64,000 nt of DNA from assembly GCA_964016885.1 (NCBI GenBank), contig OZ024742.1, positions 271,250,001 to 271,314,000 on the forward strand. The letters run 5' to 3'. The notes below the pieces were generated by a model. That model saw nothing but the letters and a program-made list of their open reading frames with translations, did not search any database and was not told the origin of the DNA. Both the position numbers and the translations under genes were made by a program. Positions 38,520 through 51,300 of this stretch are shown in pieces; position 1 is the stretch's first letter; each line of letters opens with the position of its first letter. Origin of the DNA: Eledone cirrhosa. Its lineage: Eukaryota.

Positions 38520-39285
38520 TTATTTAATTTTGTATTAGAAATGTTATATTCCAAAAAGTAAATGGCTACAAATGGAGGAAAACCTCTTTGTATACACTAA
38601 TTACAACAACCAAATAACGGCAATTTCACCACCACCAATCCTGGCATAATAATAGTTTCTATTATTGGCACAAGGCCAGCAAATTATCCAGTACATTACT
38701 GGTACTTTATTTTATCGACCCCGTAAGGATGAAAGGCAAAGTTTATTATTAATGTATCTCAAGTTTTCTCAAAATGTTTAGTTCAAATATTAAGGGAGTA
38801 TGTCAACATGTATATTAAACATAGTCAACAAACAACATAGCTACTTCGAACAAAAATATCGAACAAACACAACAATATTTTGTAGTTGCTATAAAATTAG
38901 CCCGAGACAAACCAACAGTGGCAACAACGCCAGCACCTTAGTACCATTACCCCATCACCACCGCCACCACTCCATCATTGCTACCACCAATAATCCCCCA
39001 CTAGCTTCTGTTCAATTAAGAAAAGTTGACATCAAATTTTCTGAGAAGGAGAGGGAAGGTAGCAGTAACACCAGACAAGACTAGAAAGGAAGAACTACCC
39101 AAATATATAAATAGACTGACTTAGTCACTCGGTCAAAAGAAAATGTTGAACATGTAAACATTAACAACTACAATGGCACTGAAGTCCCTCACCAACATAG
39201 AACTCATTCTCCCTCTCTGGAAGATGCCCCAGCACAACCGGCATAGCCAACAACAGTAAAGGCAACTTCAACAAAGGCCACAAGT
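38520..39285 (+). mobile_element. Unclassified repeat 'X', copy 3, containing a minus-strand SINE 3' fragment at 38655-38742
   Basis: aaATGGCTaca start context and shared blocks. The SINE fragment ttctattattggcacaaggccagc..gaccccgtaaggatgaaaggcaaagtt follows a short AAT run. Confidence 0.5.
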
Positions 39286-39374
39286 TTATTATATTAATTT
39301 CTTTATTAGCCACACAGAGCTCACATTGAGGAACCACTCACAATAATAACATTTAAAAAAAAAAAAAAACCCTT

Positions 39375-42300
39375 GACGAAGAAATAACGGGATGGTGGAC
39401 GACGGGGAATAGCGGTGTCTCTAGGCGAGAATGATCCCTCTAGTCTTGGTTGACACTCGTCCTAGGAGCGGTAACTCGAAATGATTATCCCTTGGCGGTT
39501 AAGGATAAAACGCAGCAAAATAAATCCAATGTCAAATGATAAAAACTGATACCATATCGGCCGTCACCGGGTCAAAAAAGGCCGCGTCCCTCATAGAGGA
39601 ACCAGACTGGGGTCGAAAAATCAGCTAATGGTTCAAACCTTCCAATCACTCAGAGTTGGAGACATCCCATAACCGGAATACTCCTACTGATGCCCCCCCC
39701 CCATGCTCACCACCAAGAAATCCAGCGAAAAAGAGAGAAAAATGGTCAAGGGGAGACAATAAAGAAGTCCTTGAGGCTTGCTACACTGCCATGTACTACC
39801 AATCAAATAGATCGAATACAGACATATATCAACTGGAAAAAGAAACATCCCGAAAACAGAGGCCATGTTGACAGTAACACACTAGCTAAGATACGAAGAA
39901 ACAGTAAGAAGTTACTAACTGACATAGAAATTGATCAGATGAAGCAATTAGCGCAAAGTCAAGGAAGGGAAAATGAAACATGTGTCAGTGAAAACGAGGT
40001 AAGTTGTGACATTTTAAATTCCAGGCTCGGGTTGGAATCACTGATAGGAGAACAAATTAAAGAAAGGATCGGAAAAGTGGCAGGTGTGCATGTTCAAGAT
40101 GAAACTCAAAATGAAAACAATGAGATCATCAATGATAAAGAAATGAATGTGAATGAACTCGCCAACTTGAAGAATGAAATTCTGATTGAATTGATGAAAA
40201 TGGAATAAGCTTACACGGGGTGTCGAGACACTTTCCCTAAGATCCAGAACTCCAAACAAAACTAAAAAATAATACGCAAGACTAACATATTATCATCTAA
40301 AATAAAATCATCAGAAATATACTAAATCATCTCTACTATGCATCGGCTAAAGTCACCAGTGACATATGTGGAGTGAAAATGAAAAAAGAAAGGAATGCCC
40401 ACAAAAACGCTAATTGGCAAGAGAACATCAATCGCTAAATAAACCTTCACCGATCAGACATAGAAATTTAGCCAACTATAAATTAGGATGACATGTAAAA
40501 CAGACTAAACTCAGTAAATTGAAAAGAAAATACAATATAAAATCAACAATTGACATAGACATGATGATAAAAACAATGAAGCAAAAAGCGTCGGGAAAAG
40601 CTGCTTCTGAAATTCTGATTGAATAGATGAAAATGGAATAAGCTTACACGGAGTGTCGAGACACATTCCCTAAGATCCAGAACTCCAAACAAAACTAAAG
40701 GATAATACGCAAGACTAACATATTATCATCTAAAATATTATCATCAGAAATATACTAAATCATCTCTACTATGCATCGGCTAAAGTAACCACTGACATAT
40801 GTGGAGTGAAAATGAAAAAAAAGAAACGAATGCCCACAAAAACCCTACTTGGCACTTGGCGCTTTGAAAAATGCTGTAGATTCTACAGGGACAAAAATTC
40901 TACATGTTCAAAAACAACTAAAAAAACTTCTACAGAAAAATTGGCAAGTCAACAATAATTGCTAAATCAATACCACCCAAGGAGGAAGTGCAAGAAATAT
41001 GGGAAAATACGTGGGCGGAAGAAAAAGTTCATAATACACATGTCCCATGGATAGACAGACAAATGAATGATGCATCTCACCTTGAGGAACAAACATGAGA
41101 AAATAAAACAGTTGATATCTGCGTTTAGCTCCTAGAAAATCCAGTAAACAGAAATCCTCAGAGATAGATAACATACCAAATTTTTGGATAAATGCCTTCA
41201 CAGTATCTTATGAGCTGTTAGCTCAACTTTACAATGAAATGGTGTCAGAAAATATGCCATCATGGCTTATTAACGGCATTACATTCCCATTTCCGAAGGA
41301 TGATGAGACAAATAATCAAAAAATTACAGACCGATAACTTACTTGATCACAATGTATACATTCTTAAAATCAGTCCTAACTGAATATACATCTGATCACC
41401 TGATATGAAACGATCTATTTCCCAATTAGCAGAAAGGGTGTAAACGAGGCTCGTGTGGCTGCAAGGATCAGACTTTCATTAACAAAATGATACTGGGAGA
41501 TTGTCATAATAGACACAAATATCTATCAATTGCTTGGATAGATTACAAAATGGATTTGATAGTTTGCCACACAATTGGATTGAAAAGTGTTTAGAGATTT
41601 TCAGAACATCTCCCGTTGTCAGGATGATCCTGTCATTTAGTATGAAGACATGGAAAACGACTCCTTTTGAATAGTGAAAAGAATATCACTGGAAGCTGGA
41701 GAAGTTAATATTAATTGTGGAATTTTTTAGGATGTCTCTTCATCACCGCTTTTATTCTGCATCGCACTTATAACATTACGAATAATGCTCAATGAAACTA
41801 AACATGGATATAAAGTCTATGACAAAACCATTAATCACTAGTTCTACAAGAATGAGCAGAAACTATTTGCAATAAATAATGGGCAAGTGCAAGGGCTATT
41901 ATCCACTGTGACCGAGTTCAGTGATGATATTAAAAGGGAATTTGTACAAGATAAATGCACCAAAGCCACGTTTACTAGAGAAAAGCTGCTAAGAATTTCA
42001 GACGTTAATCTTGATCGGGGGAATGTGATAAAAGAACTTGATCAAGAGGAAATTTACAAATATTTAGGTGTTTGTGAAGGAGACAGAATCAAACACTCGA
42101 CAATGAAGAAAAGGTTAAGGAAGGAATGTTACTGCAGAGTAAGAGAAATTTAAAAAACGGAGTGGAAGGAAAGGAATAGGATCAATGCCATAAACACACT
42201 TGCCATACCAGTAGTAACTTACAGTTTCAATATCATCATCTGGTCAAGCAGCAGAGTTCTGTAGGCTGGATATAAAAATTAGAAATTTCTTAACCAGGCA

Positions 42301-43400
42301 CAGAATGCATCACCCTAAGGCAGATACAGATAGAATATATCTCCCTAGGAACGAGGAGGACGTGGATTAATCCAGTTAGATATTGCTTTGAAAACTGCAA
42401 AAATTGGATTATCTACATATCTAAGGGATGCACATTATTGGATGATCAAACTCGTTTTGAAAGATGAAAGCATCAAAAGATCACACTCCATTACAAAAGA
42501 TGCACAAGGATACAGTAATGAACTACACATGTCAGAAGTTCCATTTACTGCTGGAATAAAACACACAGAAAAAGCAAATCACGTAAAAGTAAATGCAAAG
42601 AAAGAACAAAAACTGCTACAGAAACTGGCAAAGAAATGGCAAGAGAAGCCTCTGTATCAAAAATACCAAGAAGGATTTAACAATCCTGATGTTGCCAAAC
42701 CCATCAGTGGTTGGCATCCTCAGGACTGAAATCGGAGACTGAAGGACTGATTATATCAGCACAAGATCAGTGTCAGCACTACAGAGCTGCACAATACTTA
42801 CATTGGCTAATTTGTAAGCATTTTCACCTGCCCCATCAAAAGAATTGGTGGGAGCATCAACCAACTCCCCTACCTGAAACAAATCACATCTCAATCTTGT
42901 GGAACTTTACCATCCAAACAGACCGAATAATAGATGCAAATAGACCTGATATAATATTGAAGGACTTTAAAAAGAGGGTATCCCTGCTAATTGATATGTG
43001 CGTTACAATAGACAAGAATGTACCTATAAAAACATTTGAAAAATTGAACAAGTATACAGACCTGGAGAGAGAAATTGGAAAAATGTGGAAGTTGAGAACT
43101 AAAACAATACCAGTGATTGTAGGGGCTCTAGGAATGTTACCTAAGGGGTCTAATGATTACTTATCCCAAATTCCACGAAACCCTCGTATAGAAGAAATAA
43201 ACAAGATAGTGCTAATGGGAACTGCTCATATACTAACGAATATTATGTCAATTTAAGTACATCACAAGTCTAAACTCCTAACAATGAATGTGTGTGTGTA
43301 TGTGTGTTCTTACTTGAACATGGCGGACCTTGTTGTCTCTTGAGGTCACTGGTTGTGACTTAGTTATAACTAGTATGAACATAAAGCAAGATGAATGAAA
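39375..43400 (+). mobile_element. Near full-length decayed Dong family B copy with internal duplication
   Basis: Colinear with 19630-23531 and extends further 5' (KREKWSRGDNKEVLEACY); RPDIILKD..LIDMC; ends in an (AAT)n tract. Confidence 0.9.
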
Positions 43401-43446
43401 TAATACTAATATTATAATAATAGTAATAATAATAATAATAATAATA

Positions 43447-45032
43447 ATGCCCCTGACCATTATACTGCGACGAAATGTGAGCGCAGGATACAGGTTGGGA
43501 AAGGGAGAGCTTACCATCAATCATCTCCTCTTCATGGACGATCTTAAGCTCTTCGGGAAGAGTGAGAAGGAGCTGGATGTGATTGTTGACAATGTCTGTA
43601 TTTTCAGCAATGATATATGTATGCAATTTGGTATTAGTAAGTGTGGAGTCCTTGTGATGAAGAGGGGTAAATTGAGCAGAAGCAACGGAATCCAAGTACC
43701 AAGAGGTGAGATGATAAAGGAAATTGACACTGAAGAAGGATACAAGTATTTAGGTGTTCTGGAGGCTGATGACATCAAGAAAAAAAAATGAAGGAATTGA
43801 TAAGATCTCAATACATTCGGAGGGTAAGGAGCGTATTAAAATCACATCTGAACAGTAGGAATGCCATAAGTGCAGTAAATTCCCGAGCTGTGTCTATCAT
43901 TAGGTAAATTGCCGGAATTCTGAGATGGAATGTTGCTGAACAAAATGAAATGGATAGGAATACTAGGAAAATATTGACTATCTACAACAGGTTCCACAAG
44001 AGGAGTGCTGTCGATAGACTGTGCTTAAGGAGATTTGAAGGGGGAAGAGGTTTTATCAGCATGGAGGACTGTGTACAGATGGAGCAAAACAACCTACACA
44101 CATACGTGACTGATAGTAGGGAGCCAATGCTCAGAATTGTACTGAAGGAGAGGACAATAGACCAGGGCATGTCCAAGGAGGAAATAACAACAAGGAGAAG
44201 GAGCAACCTTCATGAAAAATCCCTTCATAATAACCTTCTTTGAGAAAACTGAATTTAGAGATCCACAGGCATGGAACAGTTGAAAAGAGGAGACCTTAAA
44301 AGGCTACAGAAGGAATGCTAATGGCTGCGCAAGAGCAGGCCCTCAAAACGAAGTGGCTGAAACACCATATCTACAAGCAGGAGGCTAGCCCACTGTGTAG
44401 GATCTGTGGAGAGAGAGAGCAGACTGTGGCTCACATTGTATCCGAGTCTAAACACCTAGCCCAGACTCACTATAATGGCTGGAGACATGATGTGATGGGC
44501 AGGTTTATCCACTGGCCCCTATGCAAACTAAAACATTTACCACACTCTAAAAAGTGTTATGAGCATAAGCCAGAGTCGGTGATAGAAAACAATTAGGTGA
44601 AGTTACTGTGGGATTTGAGGATACAGACGGACAAAAAACTGGAACAAAATAGACCTGACCTGGTGGTTTTGGACAAGGAAAAAAGATCGTGCCTGATTGT
44701 GGATGTGGCCTGCCCATTCGATAAAAGAGTACAAGAGAAGGTGAGGGAGAAAATTAACCGATACCAGGACTTAAAGTGGGAGGTAAAAAGAATTTGGAAC
44801 TGTCATGAAGTCAAAGTGGTCCCGATTATCATAGGCGCACTAGGTACTATATCAAAGAGTTTCCAAGGATGGTTAAAAAAAATTGGTGCCGCCTCGCTTT
44901 TTGGAACACTTCAAAAGGCATGTTTGCTGAGAACAGCAAGAACCCTCCGATACGTTCTGAATATCTGAGGCTTCATATTCAATTCAACAAACTTTCCAGT
45001 TAAATAACATCAATTACTGAGATTCAAAGAAC
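43447..45032 (+). mobile_element. 5'-truncated Dong family A copy
   Basis: HLLFMDDLKLF, YKYLG, CRIC, RHD, RPDLVV; AAT tracts on both sides. Confidence 0.93.
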
Positions 45033-45061
45033 AATAATAATAATAACAATAACAATAATAA

Positions 45062-48000
45062 TGATTTCTTTAAACAAGGGTTTACACAAAGTAAGACATT
45101 AAGTACAATACAGGACTATACAGGACGGTACAAATGGGCATTTCTGCGTGTATAAAAAAACAAAACCAGAGGATGTGATAAAAAAGAAACAATGAAAAAT
45201 TACCCAATAGGGAGAAAACCTCCGAGGACTTTCGCGGAGAAAGCCCATTAAAAAAGCCACGGTGCCCCTGACCACCAGGGCAAGTACCCATTCCCAATTT
45301 TCCATCTTCAATTTACAGGCACATACTCAGTGTAGGCCCATTCACTCGTGCCATTCTTGCCCTCTTTATTTTCCACCATCAATTTACAGGGCCCGTTCAC
45401 TCGGATAAGACTCGCCACTTTCACCCACCTTCAACAAACTTACTAGCAAAAACACATTTGTTTCTCCATCCTGATTTTCCTCTTCAAGTGAAGCTTGAAA
45501 AAGTTAATCAGGGATTGGCCGGAGATGAAAGTGTCCGTCTTCAACCCTTTCAACATTGTCCAACACACAATCTCTTTCGCCACGGCCACCTGGCAGATGA
45601 AAACTGCCTGACCTTCCTCCTCTTTGAAGGAGGATGGCGGGGCTATCTGCACAATGGACGCAGTCGATAACCGGATCCGTCCTACAAGCGATAGCAGCTG
45701 TTGGACATAGCTCCACAAGTCAGCAATCCTCGGGCTTTGAACGAGTGCGTGCAGAACGGTTTCGTCGCCCTGCGCGCATCTCGGACAGGCTCGGCAACGC
45801 TCCCCGGTAGCACTGTCAGGCCAGGGATTTCTGGAAGTTGTCCCTAGGCCCCACTCTGAAAGTTCTCTTGAAGAGAGCGAACAGCTGATCGACTTCGACG
45901 CCCAGGGTCTCCCCGAGAACTTCGTTGCACTTTTCTTCCACTAGCTCTCTACAGAACGCCGATACTAGTGCCCAGCTGTTATAGGGCGGTGAGTGCTTGG
46001 AGACATTCCAGCTTTCTAGCGCTATTCCTCGGTCTTTTCCTGATCCAGGACAGCAGCTCCGTCAAGGAGACGAGCTGGGGGAAAGCGCGTCTGGCAATCG
46101 GCGACCACACCTGTACACCGTCAATGAAGTACCAGAGATTTCACCGCCTCAGCGCATGTTTGCGCATCTTCAGCCACGGCATGCCTAGTCCACGCAACGG
46201 GCGTTGACAGTAAATGGATCGTCTGAACATGGGAGCACGTCCCTTGCACAAAAAATGGAAGAGAAGTCGATCCATATTGTTCAGAGTTGTGCCTGGCAAG
46301 GAACGGCGGTCAGGCAGTTGCAGATAACGCGATGTACGCATTCATCACCTCCACCCGCCTTTCAGAGACAGCCTCCTCTCGGCCGATTTCTGTGTGAGAG
46401 AGGCCACCCTCCTCGTCACGTGGCTCCCTATTTTCTCCATATGGAGGATCGAACCGAACCAGAACCCGAACAATTTAAACGGTCCTTCCGTTCAGCACCC
46501 CACGACGCTGTCGGACGGCATGGACCTGCCTCTCCAGGTGCCGAGTTGTTGTTGGTGGTGATGATTGTGGTGGTGACGGTGATGGTGCTGGTGTTGCTGC
46601 AAGTCTCCTTGCAGCCAATACCCCTCTTTGCCTGCCTTCGCTTTTGGAGGGTTAAGCGAAGGGGTTTTTCCTTACTTGTTTATTTTTGTGGCTGACCGTT
46701 TGCCACTTCTCTCCCGCCTCAAACTCCATGTGTGGCGTCTGGGAGGGGTATGAGTTCCACTGCTGTTGGTGGTGGTAGTGGAGCCCGTTCCGGCGATCTT
46801 GCCGCCGGTGTAGCTACTGCCACTGTTGGTGTTTCCGCCACTGCTGCCGCTGCTTTAGTTGTCTGTGGCCTTGGTATGGTTTCCAGGGACGTTGCCCTAC
46901 TACTCACCATGGAAGGGTCTTCTGCCTCTGTTTCCTTCCCTGCTCTCGGTAGCAGCGGATCAGGCGTCGGAAGGATAGGGGCCCTCTTCTTGGCTGTCTT
47001 CTTTGGAAAGAAGGCCCTGATGTGACACTTCTGCCCATAGAGATAGTACTTTGGGCGCCTTCCTTCCACGTTTATAGGGACTTAGAGTCCTTCCTCGAGG
47101 TCTATGATGTCTTGGATGACCTCGATGCACTCCTGGTCAGACTGTATTAGCAGGTGCATGCCTATTCCTGACCAGTTCTCTCTTCCCCTTCGCTGTATTT
47201 GCAGTATGGTGGTCTTCTACATTCCTGCCAGTACAGACGGCCAGCCAAGGTGTGGGCACGTCGGGCGGGACCTGGGTCACTTTGACCATCACAATTTTCT
47301 TCCCGCGGTAGGAGGGCACTAAGGCTATGTCCTCACTCTTTAGGGTTTCCAAAGAGTGAGACTTCACCTCTTGGGGGTTGCGAAATGTACGTCTAATGTG
47401 GCTTACTCTTTGACTCGGGTGATGTTGGTTTTGCGTGCCCAGACGCACACCAAGGCCTTTGGGATTTGAGCCTCCATGACTCTCCCCACCCGATATGACA
47501 TTTTGCTTACGGTGCGCTACGTGACCGTGCGCAGCTTCTGGTCTTTGAAGAAATCGGGTGGAGTTTTCAAGGAAACTCTATTGTCGTTTCTTGACACCAT
47601 GGCTCTTGCGACTGCCATCTCCTCCCCCATGACTAGCACTGTCTCTATATTTCGGGCCACACCTGTAAAAGAAGTGGCCGCTATTTCATCGGCGCCATTA
47701 TTGCCGCCGCTACTGTTGCTACAGGTCTTGTTGTTGGTGCTGTTGCTATTACTACTGCTACAAACGGTGTTGTTGGTGTTGTTGGTGTTATCACTGTTGT
47801 AGTTGGTTGTATTTTTGGTGCCACCGTTGTTGTTGTTGTTTTCGCTGCAATTTGCATTGTTGCTGTCGTTGCTTATTTCTTGTTAGTTGTGTTAATATCG
47901 TTGTTGTATTTGTTGTCATTTTTATGATTGTAGTTGGTGTGGTAATATTTTCAAAATTAGTGTTCTCAGTGTTGTTGTCTTTGTTCACGTTATTTGTGGT

Positions 48001-48294
48001 GGTGTCTGTTGTATGAATTTCACTAACCCTCCTCTCAACCTTTACGCCGTTGTCACACGAGAGAAGACATATTGCTGGAGGGCGTGACTCAGCCATGTTT
48101 TTTTTAAATAATTTTCTAAAAGAAAATTGTTCAAATATTTTGGCCAAAAGGTCAAAATATTATACTTTCCCCTACACAGGACAAAGTCTAAGGGTTTATA
48201 TCCCTTACACAACAAGAAATATTTAACAACAAATAATGTTAACAGTCAAATAAAGCGACTTACTCGGAGCGAACAAAAGACATCCTATTAGACC
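45062..48294 (-). mobile_element. Tx1-type LINE retaining both termini but lacking the ORF1 C-terminus, APE and most of RT (junction ~46548)
   Basis: 3'UTR plus ORF2 C-terminus at 45062-46548 is fused to ORF1 sequence (EGRRPKYYLYGQKCHIRAF, LVPSYRGKKIVMVKVTQVPP). The 5' end GGTCTAATAGG abuts (AAT)n. Confidence 0.88.
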
Positions 48295-48320
48295 AATAAT
48301 AATAATAATTATTATTATTA

Positions 48321-48369
48321 TTTCTACTTTTGGCACAAGGCCAGCAATTATCCCAGTGTATTACTGGTA
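48321..48369 (-). mobile_element. SINE 3' fragment
   Basis: tttctacttttggcacaaggccagcaattatcccagtgtattactggta matches 23552-23600. Confidence 0.8.
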
Positions 48370-51300
48370 AATGATTTCATTTATTGGCCACAAGGGCCGA
48401 CATATAGGGGACATTACAAAAGACTTGGGGACAGTGGGGTTTTACAGAAAAATCGAGTAAACAATAAGAATAACAATAACAAAGTAACAATAACAAAGTA
48501 ACAATAAGGTAACAATAAAATTACAAAAATAAAAAATTCCCCAATAGGGGGATGACAACCTAGGGTTCGCTCAAGTACCCCACCAGTCATGATGACCCGA
48601 CGCTTCGAGAGCACAGTGGAAGGGGACACCTCTCCTCTTCAAATTTACCTACCTACAGCCGCATGGCCAGAGTAGGCCCACTAACACGGGCCATTCTCGC
48701 CACATTCACCCACCTTTCATCAAACGTACTGGGGAGCAGCACTTCTCTCTCCACCCTCACTTTCCTTTCCAAGGGAAACTTGAAAAAGTTGATGAGAGAT
48801 TGGCCGAAGAGAAAAATGTGTCTCTTTAGTCCTTTCAACCTCGTCCACCTCTTTCGCTACTGCCACCAGGCAAAGGAAAATTGCCTGCCCTTCCTGGCCA
48901 AAAGAAGGCGGCTGGTCGATCTTCACTATGGACTCGGCCGATAGCCGGATCCGTTCTACACGCGACAACAGCTGTTCAACATAACTCCACAAGTCAGTAA
49001 TGCACGGACACTGGACGAGTGGGTGCAGAACGGTTTCGTCGTTCTGCGCGCATCTCGGACAGGTCCGTCTGACAGCACTTCCGTGCCTGTAGAGTTTATC
49101 CGGAACCGGCATTGCTCCCGGTAGCATTGCCAAGCCAGGGATTTTTAGAAATTAGAAATTATCCATCGTCCGCGGCTCGAAAGTCCTCCGGTACAGACTG
49201 GTTAGTTCGACTTCGTTGACTCCAAGAGCCTCTCCGAGTGCGTCGTCGCACTTGCCCACCACTAATCCTCTATAGAACTCGAAAGTGGAAGTTCCACTAA
49301 CCGCATTGCCCGCCTGGTATAGGGCAGTGAGAGCCTGGCAACATTCCAGATGCCAGTCACCCAGTCTCGGTCTCTTCTTGACCCAGGACTGCAACTCAGT
49401 CAAAGAAATTAGCTGCGGAAAGGCCCGTCTGACAAACGGCGACCACACCTGTTCATCGTTTAGGCAGAATATCTGGATATGCCGCAGCCTCAGCGCGTGC
49501 CTGCGCATCATTAGCCACGGCATGCCCAGCCCTCCACGTAGAGGGTGCTGGCAACAGATGGACCGCCTCACCAGCTGAACCTGACCCCTCCACACGAATT
49601 TGAAGAGGAAACGCTCCAAGTTGGCGAGGCGCGAACGGGAGCAAGGGACGACAGTCAGACGGTAGTAGATGACGGACGCGATGTACGCGTTCGCCACCTC
49701 CGCCGACCTTTCAGTGATAGCTTCATCCCAGCCCATTTCTGGGTGAGGCTGACTACCCTGCCCGTCACCTCGTCCCAATTCTTATCCACCTGGAGGTCTG
49801 GCCCGAACCAAACCCCGAGCAACTTTAACGATCCGTCCGTACAGCGCCTAACGACGCTGTTGGACGGCATGGACTTGCCTCTCCAGGTGCCGAGTTGCAA
49901 GCCCACTGACTTTTCCGGGTTAAGTTTTGATCCCGTCAACCTTTCATATTCCTCCAATAAGTTGCCGACCACCTCGATTTCTGAGGTGTCCGACACCATC
50001 ACGGTGATGTCGTCCGCATAAGCCGACACAGTCTTTCCGCGTCCTGGTTCGAGCGGTATGCCCTGCAACAGCTCCAGCTTCCGCAGTAAAGGCTCGAGAG
50101 TCAATTCGTACAGAAGGGAGGAGAGAGGGCACCCTTGACGGACCTATCGGGAGACCTGAAACGGTTCCGAGAGGTGGCCATTAATGTTGACCATCGAGCA
50201 GGTGCCGCTGTGCATTGCAGCGATCCAGCTTCTGAAGACGAGTTCGAAGACAGCCGCCTTGAGGATAGCCTCCAGGTACCGATGGTCGACCCTATCGAAT
50301 GCTTTCGATTGATCTAAATTGATCAGAGCCCCACCGAAGCCAGGTTTACACCGTACCCTCTCTATGATGTATCGCATTAGGTAGAGGTTGTTGTGTATGG
50401 ACCTGGTTGGGATTGCGCAAGTTTGCCCCTCCCCAACCAAATCCCCGACGACAAGCGCCAAACTCTTCACTAACACCCTGGCCAAAATCTTAAACTCATT
50501 TGAGCAGAGTTATGTGTCTGAAATTGTCTAAAGTGTCCCTCTTGATCTCGTCTTTCCTTATCAGCGTCACTACGCCCCGGCTCACAGAACTGGGAATACT
50601 CCCGTTTTGCTGCCAGTTGCAGTAGAAGGCTTCGAGGAGATTGGAGAACAAGTCTGGCATATTTACGTAAAGCTCGTAGGGCAGATCATCCAAACCGGGT
50701 GACTTGTGCCTCATGCAGCCGACAAGGGCATCCTGAATCTCGGCTGAAGTAATTGGCCTTTCGAAGCGCCCAGCGTCAGCCGTCGAGAGTTGCGGCAAGC
50801 CATCGAGGTAGGGGTCTGAAGACCGCCACCATCTCTGACCCGCCACTTCCCCCGAACAACCGAGTAAAATGTTAGCGAAAGGCCTCACACATCGTCTTGG
50901 AGTCGCTCAGCTCGTGACCGTCTCGGTCCATCAAAGACCGAATCGTGGTTTTATGACCACGCTCCGCCTCGGCCACGCGGGCACATCGAACAGCTTTGAT
51001 TCCCTCGTTTCTCAGAGCCCGCGCCTTTGCTCTGACAATGCAACCTTCGTGTTTCGCATTGAAGAAATGGTATAATGCCATTCTCGCCGCTAGCACATCA
51101 GTTGCCATGCCACTACCTATAGCCTCGTCTAACTTATCTACCCCCCCCTCCTTTTCTATTTTTCTCTAATGCTACTTCTTTGCTAAACTCTATCGACATT
51201 ACTCTAATCTCTCTTTTCAGAGCCCCCTACCATCTATTGTTGGCGATTCCCCCTGTCAATTTTTCTTAATTAAATTGTTGACCTGGTCCCTGTAAGCCTT

